64,000 nucleotides of DNA, taken from Vermamoeba vermiformis (taxonomy: Eukaryota). A model generated the notes under the pieces. That model did not search any database, had not been told where the DNA came from, and saw only the letters and a program-made list of their open reading frames with translations. Below, piece after piece: positions 13,701-26,888 of this stretch. Location of the stretch: positions 1 to 64,000 of the forward strand of contig JBEWZL010000214.1 in the NCBI GenBank assembly GCA_045837725.1, given 5' to 3'. Positions within the stretch are counted from its first letter, which is position 1; every line of letters starts with the position of its first letter. Both the position numbers and the translations under genes were made by a program.

Positions 13701-15696
13701 TGTTGATGGTGAATGTAGCAATGCTGTGGATCCAGTCTTTGTAACAAGGAATGGCCGAGAGTTGTCTGATGGAGTAGTTCGTCTTTAGCCGTACTAACAA
13801 ACGAACAAACTCGTGCACATTGGCCTCGACCTCAAACCCTACAAAATGGCACGTGTCAGAAACACCGAGCTTTTTTCATGAAATTCCGTACCTCTATTAG
13901 AATTGATGATATTGATCATGGCCATGTACATATTATACAAAAACTTGTCACGGGCTTCCGCGTTCGAGAAAATTGAAATTCGCAACGAGGCTACTTGGAC
14001 CATGATTTCCAAAGCCTATTAAAAGTTAGCTAACTTGGCGTATATATTGTGATATCAACGTACCCTAGTAGAGTGCGGTGCTCCCATTTTCAAGTAGCAC
14101 GCCATCAACAAGTCAGGCAATGCTGTCCGTCCTTGCCTCTCCTCAAGTGTCTCGTTCCACGATAAAGGCACGTTGATGATATTAGGCTCATCGTTCTCAG
14201 ACAATAATAAACTGCTATTAGCAAAGCCACTGCCACCGTAAGTACCTGAAGAGCTTATTAGAATTGAACTATAGTGAGTTCATAAAGACGCACCTAATGC
14301 CGAGTAATCGTATTTGAAGATGGTCAGCAACAGTTCTAAAACAATATTAAGCATTTCATTCTGTTGGCTAGCTTCTGCTGGCTGAGTCATTGGCGGCATT
14401 TTCATCACTTGATCAAATACGGTCATAACTTCTTCCAAAATAGGCAATAAAAACACGTCTCTGAAAGTTGTTGTAATCTTTCTTCCGTTCGCCATACTTC
14501 GGGACACACTCGAGGTTGTTTTAACGCACGCACGTGACATCTCGTCAATGACTTGATTGGCTAACGATAACGAGATGATCTTGTGCGGCATCGAGGGCCA
14601 CTCGCGCATCCTTCGCATCATTTCTATCAACCAATATTCTTTCTTAGTATCACCTCCTAATGTCAATGCTATAAAAAGTCGTTAACGGCCGTCAATGTGA
14701 ATAAGAATTGAACTGAGCTTACTGGAAATTAATTGTTCTAGCTTAGCTGTAATGCTCGAGTCTGAAGGGATCCATTCTTTACTTTCATCCAGCCACGTGC
14801 TCGTTGATAAAGCCGCGACTAGTTTGCAAGCACCAGTGCGTGCTAAATTAATTTGTTGCTTTGCTTGAATTCCTTGGGTCGTGCCCCATAACACGTGTAC
14901 TTTTGAGAATATTATTTCAACAACCTTATTGCCTAAAATAATTAGCCTAATTAGTACTCGCGTATAATAATACATATGTATACATGCAGGTAAGGTGGTT
15001 TAATATAAAAGTATAGCAAATTAACAATGGCGGCCAAAATGCAACACAAAAGTAATTCAAAAGAAATTAGCAGAAAATTGGAGGGAGGTAATTACGTGAT
15101 CAAAGGCGTGAATAATGTGCCATTATAATTTTATCAATAAATTGGTGACGAATTATTCAGTAGAATTTGAAAACTTTTCACTTACGCAGACCCAGCTTGT
15201 CAGTGAGGCTGAATGACGATGGAAAATTATTAATAATGTTCGTAATATTGAGACATGCGAAGTGGATTGCAAATGGGTCTTGGGTGTGGGCTAATAATCC
15301 AATGTTCGGGTAAACTATGTCTAAGATCTGGCTAGTTGGTACTGAGTCTAGTTCTTGCGAACCAATAGCACGAGACGGTGGTACTAGTTGTTTTAAGAAA
15401 TTGAATGACTGCTGCCTATGAATAAAAACGATTAAGACCAGATGCTAAAAAATTTAAATAGATCCTTTTCTTTTAAACCAAAAAAAGCGGTAAAATTATT
15501 ATAGATAGATTAACGTATATTAATGCATATTATAATATTTCTAATCATAATTTTCAAGAAGTAAAATTCTGGAAGCAAAAAGGCGCCACGCAAAAGACTT
15601 GACTTTTCTTCATTCATTAACTCATTACCTTTCCTCATTAGAATTCGATGAGTAGCATCTGATTACGTGTTTCTCTAAGCCTGCCAGGTCATTCAT
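10732..15696 (-). CDS. XPO7: Exportin-7/RanBP16-17-like karyopherin
   Basis: 'HEFVRLLVRLKTNYSIRQL', 'LCLLGRCEY', 'LVEFVAFA'-like segment and C-terminal 'NLTRDNRDKFTRN' recall exportin-7. About 15 exons. Confidence 0.8.
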
Positions 15697-15914
15697 GGCG
15701 AAGAGTACTAAATATTTGGTGGAATGAATTTGAAACAAAAAAAATGATTTTTCTTGAAGTTCCGGATCTTGCCTAAATAGGAACCACGGTGCAGTTACTG
15801 CATATCAGTTCTCTATGAGATGAGAGGGGTGCGCGTAGTTATTTTAGTGGTTTGGTTTATTTTAACAACATTGCGAAGTTTTATGCGATTTTTATTACGG
15901 TATTATTTACTAAA

Positions 15915-18091
15915 TTATTTTTCGGACTTCTTCTTCTTGGAAGATCTGTAAGTGCCACCAACGACGGCGTGATCACGCTCGTAAGGTTCTAAAGAGATTT
16001 GTTCTTTGGGCTTGAATTGAACCTTCTTCAACTCAGCGACTTGTTGGGCAAAGACGACTTCAGGGGCAGCAGTTGAGTCGATGCAGTTAGCCTTAATGGA
16101 GATCAAGAAGTGACCACCGTTCTTCAAGAAGTGTTGAGCGTTGATGGTCAAAATACGGGCTTGATCGGGTTGAGCAACGTCTTGGAAGATAACGTCGACC
16201 ATAGGGACCAACATTCTGTACTTTTGAGGGTATCTAACGGAGAAAAGTTAGCTACTATTCATTTGAGGCACGTGAACGAGCTTATAGCCCGTTAAATGAA
16301 CAAATTTGAAAGCTGATCGGATCAAGACATACCTAGCGTCCTCAATAATGGGGATAACGTTGGTTCTCTTCTTGGCAACTTCGATAAGATCACGACCGCT
16401 ACGGTGAGACAACTCAACAGCGTAGACTGTACCTTCCTAGAGACGAAACAAAAGTCAGATCAAGGCAAGATCAGGTCAGATTCGCAAAACTTACGGGGCC
16501 AACAATATCGGCAACGTGAGAAACAGTAGTACCAGAGGCAGCACCCAAGTACAAGACCTTGGATCCAGGCTTAATGTAAATTTCTGAGATACCACCAGCA
16601 ACGGCAGCAGCCAACTTGGATCTACAAGCGAAGTTTAGTAACGGTTCCGAAAGTGGTTATGAATAGCAATAAAGTAAAAATATTCATCACCGTAGTAAAT
16701 ACATAAAATCATGGGCTAATCACGTATAGTGTATAATCATAATAAGATACAGATCGCGCATTCTGGATGCGCTTCGAAAAAGAGTAGTTACCTGAAAGGA
16801 TTCCATTGTCTGTATTCCTTCTTGACGCCATCGGCTTCAACTGTAACTCTCTTTTCACCGTAAACGGATTCACCAGTGGCGATGTTCAAAGTGAGCAAGT
16901 TGTCCTAAACAACGACAGGTTAGCCTGCAGTCGAACGAATGAAGGCCAGTGACGATCTAATATATGATCTCATAGGGTGTTCCTATTAAGATATGAATAC
17001 AAAAGACTTACCTGAGTTTTACCACGGGCAACGAAGATACCATCAAGACGATGCTTCTCAACGGTAACCTTTTGACCACCTACGCAATTGTGTTAATAAC
17101 TGAGGGTTGGTATAGTTAAGCAACGCTGATCAAGCGCTGTTTAAATAAATAATTTCTAAAATTAAAGGGAATTTTGATATTTTGGTTGATCGAGATCGAA
17201 GCTTACCCTTCATGCCACCTTTGCCGCCACGGCCGCCTCCACGACCACCACGGCCACCGCGACCACCGCGATCACCACCGCGACCACCACGGCCACCGAA
17301 TCCACCGCGACCACGATCGCCGCCGAATCCACCACGACCACCACGATCGCCACCGAATCCTCCTCGGCCACCGCGAACACCACCGCCGCGTGGGCCACCA
17401 GGGCTACCAAAACCACCGCGGGAAGCACCGCGACCGGGACCACCAAAACCACCTCGTCCTGAAATAAAAAGCGGATTTAGTAAAGAACAATTAGAACTGA
17501 CATGGTTAAGCTGTATTTATGATCACGAAGTACGTGGGTAAAAGGAATGATCGTGCACTAATTATTAAATTATTGTGATGCACCAAGTAAATTAGTTAAT
17601 CCATCCTGGATCGGGATTCAAAAATCAGACACAGCGACCAATAGTAAATAGTTAGCAACCAAAAATCGATGATACGATTATCGTGTAGCCAATATTTAAC
17701 TTGGGGGCTGATAACGATTTCTGAATCCTCGATCAAAAAAGGATGCAGATCAGCGATTTAATTTCCAGACGGCCAAAAAAATAAGCCAAGCTTCCACAAT
17801 GACCTAAAAATTGTATACGATCGAATGGTAGTGGTAGAGCACGATAAAAATTGCTGGTACCACCTAACCACTTTTCGCATTCGAGATGCAAAAAGATTTC
17901 GAACCAAATACTCTTTGTTAAATCATTGCGCAAGTCTAGCCATCGTAACAATAATTCAGCTTCTCCAGTCTCTAATTAATCGAGCCTGTGGAACGTTGCA
18001 AAGGGCCATCTGGATTTTGGGTCTCGATGCGGGCGTGATCACAAAATACAACGAAAGAGCTGCGTCGTAAAAGCTTACCTAAGGAAGACAT
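15915..18091 (-). CDS. FBL: Fibrillarin (box C/D snoRNP 2'-O-methyltransferase)
   Basis: Exon 1 'MSSL', Gly/Arg-rich GAR exon 17207-17458, '[13 protein letters not shown]', '[15 protein letters not shown]', '[10 protein letters not shown]' and '[11 protein letters not shown]'. Confidence 0.98.
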
Positions 18092-18559
18092 TATATACTG
18101 TTGTAACACTCGAAAGGTAACGAAAAAATAGCCACTCTGACAAAAACAAAATACAGACCAAGCGAGGCCGTTTGTGATTGGTCCATTTTGGTCGCAGTGT
18201 CAGGAGCTTACAGAACGTTCCAGTGCATCAAAACGGCATCCGCAACAATTCTTCTAGAAGTCGAGATCACGTATGCGACTTTTGAATAATAATCAGTTTT
18301 ACCAAGCACGATCTGGATGTCGCGATCTGTGCACGATCGATCACAGGTAACAGTACGAAAAGCGCCAGTCTAGTGCACAAACGTTTGTTTATTTGTACAC
18401 GTAAGCTATTTTGATTAATTTTTCTGATGAATAAACATGCTAATGGCTGTTCTCTAATGTACAATGAACTAACTTTGAACGAGCCAATAATTACAACAAA
18501 ATTTTAAACACTCGTAAAAGCATCACGTACGAATGCAATGGTGTGGTGGCACTGAACTT

Positions 18560-20048
18560 TTATACTTCGTATTTGGTCTGGTTGCCCCATGATTTGTTTG
18601 AACGCAAGGACTCGCGGTGATCTTGGAAGCCAAGCGAGACATTTTCAATGCCCAGGAGTTCCTTGAGTCGAGCACTATAGTGACATATCGATTAGTAGGT
18701 GTTTTAGAAGATACAATGGTAGATACAAGCGGAGCAAAAGCTTTGTAAAAGATCCAAGAACAGCAAGCGGGCACGCGTGTTTCAGAGCTTCGCGTGGCTT
18801 TACAATTATAGATAATTGATAGCGGTATGCAATATATGATAGTAGGCAACAACTATAACAATAATTTTAACTAGCGAGAACTTACCCAATACGTCTCATA
18901 GCACCTTCGTCGTCAGAATCAGCAGTCCAAAGGGACAACTTGTCCTGCTGCTTGCGGACACTCATAACGAGGCCGTTGATCTTGTCGCTGTCAGTGAAGT
19001 CTTCTCCAATAACGGCAAGGATCTAAATAGACAGATTAGTTCAAAGTCGGCTTGAAAGTACTGGAGCAATCGCAAAACGGAAAATTAAGGAAAAGTCTTA
19101 ATTCTTGTGAGAATAGTCTCATGAAAGAGTAACTACTTGAATGATTTGATATATACGTGACTTGCTAATATCGTCAATTGACGACACTGAAGATTGCTGC
19201 TTACTACGTGGTATTGCGAATCCCAACGTAAAATTAACAACCTTCAAGTAAATTTGAAAATAATGCGCGTTATATTTTTAAAATATTAACAATGTGGAAA
19301 ATTCGAAAGAACGAGCACGGAAAAATAATTAGTGAACGGATTCGATCCTTACTGCAAAGAGCCATAATTGGTCTAGACTCGCACGCTGTTTCGCAGGGAA
19401 TTGGACAGTCCACTTGCCTCCATTAGCGTTAGCTACATCTTCCCATTTGGGCTCAATACCGGTCTTAAAGAGATGGTAATTGCTGCCCAAAGGTAATTGA
19501 GATGCAGGAACGATGTTGTTAAACAGGCTAAAAATTTAATTAATATTAGTACCGTGTATATATATCATAATTACATCGATTTTCTTACCCCCAGAAGTCT
19601 TCGACCTACGCCCGAATAAAAAAAATAATTAATAATTCATGGATGTACGTCATGACGATAAGCTGTGGATCTATATTATGCACTTAACATTGATCTAGGT
19701 ACTTACCGAGGCAAAAGTAAACACTTGCTTCAAGTTCTGGCTCCAATTTTTAGCTGAAATTTAGTTGTTTTGTTAGATCTCCATTAAAATGAGAAATTCA
19801 TCGCGCTGTTATGACTTACAATTAGTCTTATGACCCGGATTATCGAACCATAATGTCCAAGAATTTTGGAGTGGATGTTTGATCGCGAAATCCTTCGCGA
19901 CCGTCATGGGCTCGACTTCTTTCTTTTCGACTTCATTAGGCATAAAAATGATTCTGCTGCTAGGGGAGCTGCTAGGTTTAGCTTGCTCGTTCATGTGGAT
20001 GTCGAAGAATGAAGATGTAGTGTTGGGGGATGAGCTTTGGATTTCCAT
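18560..20048 (-). CDS. EIF4E: Translation initiation factor eIF4E
   Basis: 'HPLQNSWTLWFD', 'VEDFWG', 'YHLFKTGIEPKWED' and 'DKLSLWT'. Last exon 18560-18674 ends 'KYEV*'. Confidence 0.95.
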
Positions 20049-20236
20049 GGCTTGGGTGTGGTTCTTTGGGTTATATTACAATAAAAGAACAAGTACTTAT
20101 AAATACAATATAAAATATATACAAGAATAAATAGTCTCGGCGGAGGTGTTGTCGATGGTTTTGTTTGGGTTTGAAAAATAAAATTTTGCGTCGCTTTCAT
20201 TTCCGACCGAACCAAATCAGACCCACAGCACAAGGG

Positions 20237-23065
20237 ATGAGTAATTTGACTGAAAAGCAACGCGCCGCGTTGGAGGAAAGACATCCTGATGAGCTTGATG
20301 ATGATCTTATTCATCCTGATGAGATTAAGCCTCTTGAAAAACCCACGCAAGAGATCCAGCAAAATCTGATCGAAGAAGAGCCCGAAGAGTATGCTAACGA
20401 AGATAACGAGGAAGAATATTATGACAGCGAAGAGGACGATGATTATTATTTCTACGATGAAGAGGATGTCACTGCAACCGGTAATTATTTTGTTTTACTG
20501 CATTATGATGAATTATTTTATTATCACCATTTGTCAATGCGATGATTTTTATTATTTAATTTGGTACATTAATTGCGTGAATTTTGTTTATGTCGGATCG
20601 ATCCACCCTTTTTCTCAGGCGATCTGGCAGCCGATCCATTTTATATAATTTTGTAACCACTCAATAATAATTTTATTATTTTCAGTGGGTCCAAATTCGT
20701 CAATTAAAAGATTCCAACCTCAAACAACCACGAGTATGGCTGGATTGGATCGCAAGATCAACCTGAGCACGTTGCACCTCGAAGAAGAAACAAAGAACTT
20801 GCCTAGTGAAGCATCTAGTGCAGTTAAAGAACATCAACGAAAAGATAACGCGAACAGAATTCGAGTTACTGAAAAAGCTGATCGAGCGACTACTGAACAA
20901 GTCTTGGATCCAAGAACTCGCATGGTCTTATATAAAATGATTAACAAGAAAGTATTCACTGAAATTAACGGTTGCGTATCTACCGGTAAAGAAGTAAGTC
21001 ACTCTCTTTCTATTCACTATCGTTTATTGCAAAAAATCATACCTTATTAGATGATCTTAACGCGTATATTTATTATTAGGCTAATGTATATCATGCCACT
21101 ACTGGCGAAGGAGGCGATGAACTTGCAGTCAAGATCTACAAAACTTCAATTCTTGTGTTCAAAGATCGCGTATGTTTTGATCATAATAATGGCTTCCAAT
21201 CGAGACTATTATACTCATATACTTCATAGGACCGTTATGTCACAGGAGAGTTCCGATTCAGAAAAGGTTATGCTAAGCACAACCCGAGAAAAATGGTTCG
21301 ATTGTGGGCCGAGAAAGAAATGCGTAACTTACTGAGGTACGTCCTAATAATCAATTATAGCAATATCAAGCATGCAATGGTACTTACTTGTTTATTAGAT
21401 TAAATCAAGCTGGTATTCCGAGTCCTAAGCCTGTTTTATTGAAAATGCACGTGCTCGTAATGACCTTCATTGGCAAACAAGGCTGGTACGTACAACGACT
21501 CCTATGAGATCGAATATAGGCTTATATATTATTAGGGCTGCTCCTCGCTTAAAAGATGCTGAATTGGATTTGAGCAAGTACGAGGAGTGTTACTTACAAA
21601 TGGTCCGAATCATGCGCACGCTGTACCATACTTGTCGATTAGTGCACGCAGATTTGTCCGAATATAACATTCTGTAAGCATAGGAGTTAATACAAAGTCC
21701 TATAATTAACATTTGGTAATGCAGGTATTACAAGGGAAAGTGCTATATTATTGACGTTTCGCAATCCGTGGAACACGACCATCCGCACGCTTTGGAATTT
21801 TTGCGTATGGATTGCTATAATATTACAGTATTTTTCCGCAAGAAGGGCGTCACTCCTATGCGCACTAAAGAGTTGTTTGATTTCGTTACCGATCTGTCGA
21901 TCACCGACGTAGATGCGTACTTGCAAAAGGTTTGTTTGATAGAATACATTGCACTAAACTTGAAATATTTACTAATATCATATTAGATGCAAGAAGTTGT
22001 CTCTAATCGTGTACATAACCAAGTTGAAGAAGAGGCAGAAGATGAAGTGTTCAGACAGATCTACATTCCGCGCACGCTCGAAGAAGTTATTGATTACGAG
22101 CAAGACATCGAAAAGGCCGGAAGAGGTGACCAGGTAAGCATATGTAGCCTATGCACGCGTGATGCACAACGATACAAGAATAGTTTATGTCCACCATATG
22201 AAACACGTGACTAACACGGTTCTGTTTACACCAGTTATCGTACTTGAAACTGACGGGAGTCAAGTTGTCGTCACAAGACAACGAAGAGGAGACACCTAAA
22301 AAGGAGGTCAAGACCACAGAAAAGAAAAAGACAGTCAAAAAGTCAACGACAAGCACCACTGCTACCACTGCTGAAAAAGACCCTGTCAAAGCTACAGCGG
22401 GACCCAAAAAGACGACCAAGACCAAGTCTAGTGCTACAGCCGAGACTAAGACTACGAGGGACAAGCCGGCAGTCAAGAAGGATACGATGGACATGAACAG
22501 TATCATGGCAATGTTGCCCAAAATCGATACTCAAACTCCTGCCGCCGAACCAGGTTTGTTAATATTAAGCCCGTAACGAATCATACTAACGATTATAAGC
22601 AGAGAAGACGCCAGAAAAGAAGCAAGTCACAAAAGCACCCAAGACAGCTAAGGCAGTCAAACCAGTCGAAGTGGCCGCTGCGAAAGAAGAGTCCGAAGAG
22701 AGTGGCGAAGAGTCGAGCGAAGAAGACTCTGAAACTGAAAGTGAGAGCGATGATGAGCTGCGTGAGGGCGAAGATGAAGAGGGACGCAAGAAGCGCATGT
22801 TGAAGAAGGAAGAAGATAAAGCTGAAAAGAAGGTACGTAGCTGGATCCGTTCGAAGATCAAATCCATCAAACGATCTATTAATATTATTCTGGATTCCAA
22901 AATATTGCCACTGCATCCATTTGATAATTTACATTTTACTAATCAAATAATATCCGATAGGCTCGCAAGAAAGAAGCCAAGCTTGCTCAACGAGAGCGAC
23001 GAAAGACGAAGATGCCGAAGCATTTGAAGAAACGAAAACAAAAGATTACGAAACAAAAGAAGTAA
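20237..23065 (+). CDS. RIO1: RIO1 atypical kinase (pre-40S maturation)
   Basis: '[15 protein letters not shown]', '[12 protein letters not shown]', '[10 protein letters not shown]', '[12 protein letters not shown]' and '[11 protein letters not shown]'. Acidic then basic C-terminal tail. Confidence 0.95.
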
Positions 23066-23289
23066 AAGCCTGATAAATTATATTTTTGCCTCAATTTTAT
23101 TTTCATCTTAATCACCACAAACAAACCTCGAATAGATTTTAAATACTCTAACTAAGGATGAGTGTTCTATCGACAGTACAGTATTCAGAAAGAAATGGGT
23201 TATTGAATTTGGCTGTCACCTGCACGGTCACTGCTAACTTACCGTAACGATATTGATTCCATCGCCGAGTTACAGAAAATCACCAGTAT

Positions 23290-24868
23290 TCACATAACCT
23301 TCGATCTTTTGTCTTTGGTGAATCGCGGCGAATCTCGTTTTCTCTTTTTTGATGATTCTGGTGAGGTTTGGTGCTGAATAACAGGCTCTTCATCGAAATA
23401 AGGATGATTCAACGCTTCTTTCGCGGTTATTCGTTGTGTTGGTTCGAATTCAAGAAGTTTGTTGACCAGATCTACTGCTCGTGGGTCTGCATTTGCTTTT
23501 TCAAATAGCTCGTCTTTCTTTGCAACAAATTCTTCGTATTCCATTCTACTAAATAATCTTGGCTTATCTAACAACTGAAAACATTGTAAAAAACGCGGTC
23601 AAAATGTAAATCTAGATTTGACGGTCGCGATCTGACGTCATCAATTACGTACCAGCTCCGTTAATATCACACCTACAGACCATACATCATTCGGGAATGG
23701 TCTTTGATCGAATGAACAAGCAATGGCCTCTCCAGGTGGTCTGTAATCGAAAGCGCCGGGCGTCCTAAATTTGTCTTTAAGCACATGAGCTGTATCAGGC
23801 GCGTAACCACTGCCGCTAAGGTCAGTCAAGTAGATGTGTGGCTTGTCATTGCGCCATTCCCACACGATGTTTTGTGGAGCTATTGACCGGTGAACAATGA
23901 AGTTCTCGTGGAGCACCGACACTGCCTACAATGTACTATTATCATAACGTATGTAGTATACGACAATAATAAATCGATATTAATAGTATTATTGATAAGG
24001 AATGTAATTTCGGGTTCGTATTATTGATGTATGGTGTTTAATCTAGGGCTCGTATTGTAACAGCTTTATTATAGCTATAATATTTGCATTACGATCGAGC
24101 AGCTGTTTTAACGATACGCAAAGTGTATCAATTAGTGCAATGAATATGAATATTTGCCAATAATGTACTGAATGAAAAGTTGGATCTTACCAGCAACAGT
24201 TGGTAGGTCACGTCTTTTGGATAGTTCTTGAGGACACCGAGATCAAATGGATTATAATACGGTCTAATGATATAGTTGTTGAGATTGAGCCATGTAAGGT
24301 CCGGCCATGCAGCGTGAAGTTTGATAATATGCGGACAATTGAGCGGATCCAGTCTTTGATGTGTTGCCATTGCGTGCTCGAAGTGATCGGGTCCAAATAA
24401 TTCTCCGAAGAATTTTTCACTCTTGTAGTCATTGGCCTTGTTCGGAACACTCATAAGACTGAGATATCGTTTTGTTCGTTTTCGTTTTCGGTTTAGTTTT
24501 ACTGCTTCTTGAACTACAGTGTAGTTGTTGTAATCTGCTGGCCATTTAAAGCCTGCGAAGCTGGAAATGGAGTTAATAATTGTGCTGATAATAATAATAA
24601 TTAACATGAAATTGGCCACTGTAACGAAGGCTGCAAACAACAATTACGCGAAATTATTTTTAGCTTAAATATTGAAAATTTTGACCAACTGCTAATTATT
24701 TCAGTATACTAAGTGACTTACCGATAGTTTTTTTTGACGTAGATTGGTAACGGCACGGGTAAGACACAATCGAAAATAGATGTTGCTTCCCACTCGATCT
24801 AAATTGCAATTAGTGTCGTCTGCATTAACGTACACTATTACATAGTGTTTCGAGATTCTTTTCTTCAT
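23290..24868 (-). CDS. Divergent CDK/CMGC-like kinase-fold protein, probable pseudokinase (copy 1)
   Basis: '[11 protein letters not shown]' in the HRD loop, 'TDLS' at the DFG position, 'YRPPGE', 'DVWSVG' and '[13 protein letters not shown]'. Basic NLS-like tail. Confidence 0.8.
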
Positions 24869-24984
24869 TTTTCAACGGAAACTTCAGTTGATCTTACGAG
24901 CTGAAATAATCAGTAAGTTAATTAAAACCGCAGAGCAGGTCGGTAAAAGAACCAAGTACCCTTGTATATTTGTCTTTACAAATA

Positions 24985-25578
24985 ATAAATAGTCTCGGCG
25001 GAGGTGTTGTCTCTGGTTTTGTTTGGGTTTGAAAAATAAAATTTTGCGTCGCTTTCATTTCCGACCGAACCAAATCAGACCCACAGCACAAGGGATGAGT
25101 AATTTGACCGAAAAGCAACGCGCCGCGTTGGAAGAAAGACATCCTGATGAGCTTGATGATGATCTTATCCATCCTGATGAAATTACGCTCTTGAAAAACC
25201 AAAGCAAGAATAGTTCGAAGAAGGAGACGAAAAATATCGTGATAACGAAGAAGACGTGGTTACTAATTTCTATAACGAAGAGGCTGCCACAGCAAAAGGT
25301 AAATATTTTTTTTCTTGCAAAGTATTGCATGAATTTTTAATCAACCCACGCTATTATTCACAAATTAATATCTCGTGACTGAAATTAATTTATAATAATT
25401 TTTTTGGTTGAGTTGGATCGATCCGCTTTTCTCAGGCGATCTGCAGCTTGATCCAATTATTAATAAACAGTGTAATAATAGTTTATTTTTAGTGGGTCCG
25501 AATTCGGTAATTACAAAATTCCAACCTCAGACAACCACGAGTATGGCTGGATTGGATCGCAAGATCAACCTTGAGCAC
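24985..25578 (+). pseudogene. Truncated duplicate of the RIO1 promoter and first exons
   Basis: Closely matches about 20127-20770 (same '[23 protein letters not shown]' and '[17 protein letters not shown]', same intron motif). Has indels after 25180 and stops abruptly at about 25578. Confidence 0.9.
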
Positions 25579-25630
25579 GCTGATTACTACAGCCTTTGTA
25601 GTTGCAACCAAAGAATCAATTGAAGGTGAT

Positions 25631-26888
25631 TTAACATCTTGGGCATTGAGGAGCAAGCTCGGTAAAGTACTGATGTTTCAGCGCTTCTTTTGCTGTCACT
25701 CGTTTTCTTGGATCTCGTACGAAAAGCTGGTTTACCAAATCTACTGCTAACGGATCTGCGCTTTTAAACAACCGATCCTTCTTTTTCCAAATTTTTTCGT
25801 ATGCCAGATCCATCTTCGCAAACATTCTTGGCTTATTTAACAACTTTAAAAAAAATCAGCATGCAAATCCAGTTCGAAGTGAGGCATTTTAAAATCTGAT
25901 AACTTACCAGCTCTGTTAATATAATGCCTACAGCCCAGACGTCGTTTGGAAATAGGCCGTCATAATCAGCTCGAATCGAATCCGGGTTGCATAAACCAGC
26001 CTTCTTTCAGCTCATGTTGTCTGTCAGGCACGTAACCGCTGCCACTAAAGTCAGTCAAGTAGATGTGTGGCTTGTCATTGCGCCAATCCCACACGATGTT
26101 TTGTGGTGCTATTGAACGGTGAACAATGAAGTTCTCGTGGAGAACTGACACTGCCTACAATGAACTATTATCATAACGTATGTAGTATAAAACAATATTA
26201 AATCGACATTAATAGTATTATTGATGTATGGTGTTTAATCTAGGGCTCGTATTGTGCGTACCTGCAAAAGTTGGTAGATGACTTCTCTTGGACGATAGTT
26301 CTTGAGTATTTCAAAATCGAACTGATTATAGCGAGGGGTGATAACAATACTTCTCGAGGAAAAGTTATCGACATTCCGCCACGCAGCGTGAAGTTTGATG
26401 ATGTGCGGACAATTGAGCGGATCCAGTCTTTGATGTGCTGCCACCACACGGTCGTAGAAATTATTGTGGATACATTCACCAAAAAATTTCGTGCTCGTAA
26501 AGCCATTGGTTTCGTTTGGAATGCTTACAAGACTCAGGTATCGTTTTTTTGGATGTGCTGCAAGATCTACCACGTAATTTTTGTAATCTTCCGGCCAGTC
26601 TAAATGAGCAAATCTGGAAATAGGATTAACGTATAACTTTTCAAACGTTCGGTGGAAAGCAACAAGCTGCAAAGGACCGCGGAAGTAGTAAATAGAATTT
26701 TCTTATTTTCAAATTAATCGTATTTTATCCTATTACCTGTAGTGATTTTCTACATATTTTGGTAAAGGCATTGGTAAATTACCGCCAGAATATGACCTTG
26801 CCTCCCATACAATCTAATCAGAATTAAGTTAGTCTGTATTTTAAGAAGCACACGTTATTACGTGGTGTTTCAAGCGCCTTTTTTCCAT
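25631..26888 (-). pseudogene. CDK-like pseudokinase copy 2 with a frameshifting deletion in the activation segment
   Basis: Paralog of 23290-24868 with the same '[11 protein letters not shown]' and matching introns. Frame ends 'QPGFDSS*' at 25966, while 'FPNDVWAVG' continues in another frame. Confidence 0.7.

Noticed and set aside
16640-16694. Possible box C/D snoRNA in a fibrillarin intron (GTGATGA with an acggt/accgt terminal stem)
   Set aside because: Only about 50 nt, the D box would be CGGA rather than CTGA, and I could not recognise an rRNA-complementary guide. Too weak to call.
17174-17541. Pro-rich, His-rich and Val/Ala-rich ORFs in the ORF track
   Set aside because: Antisense or alternate-frame shadows of the fibrillarin GAR (RGG) exon.
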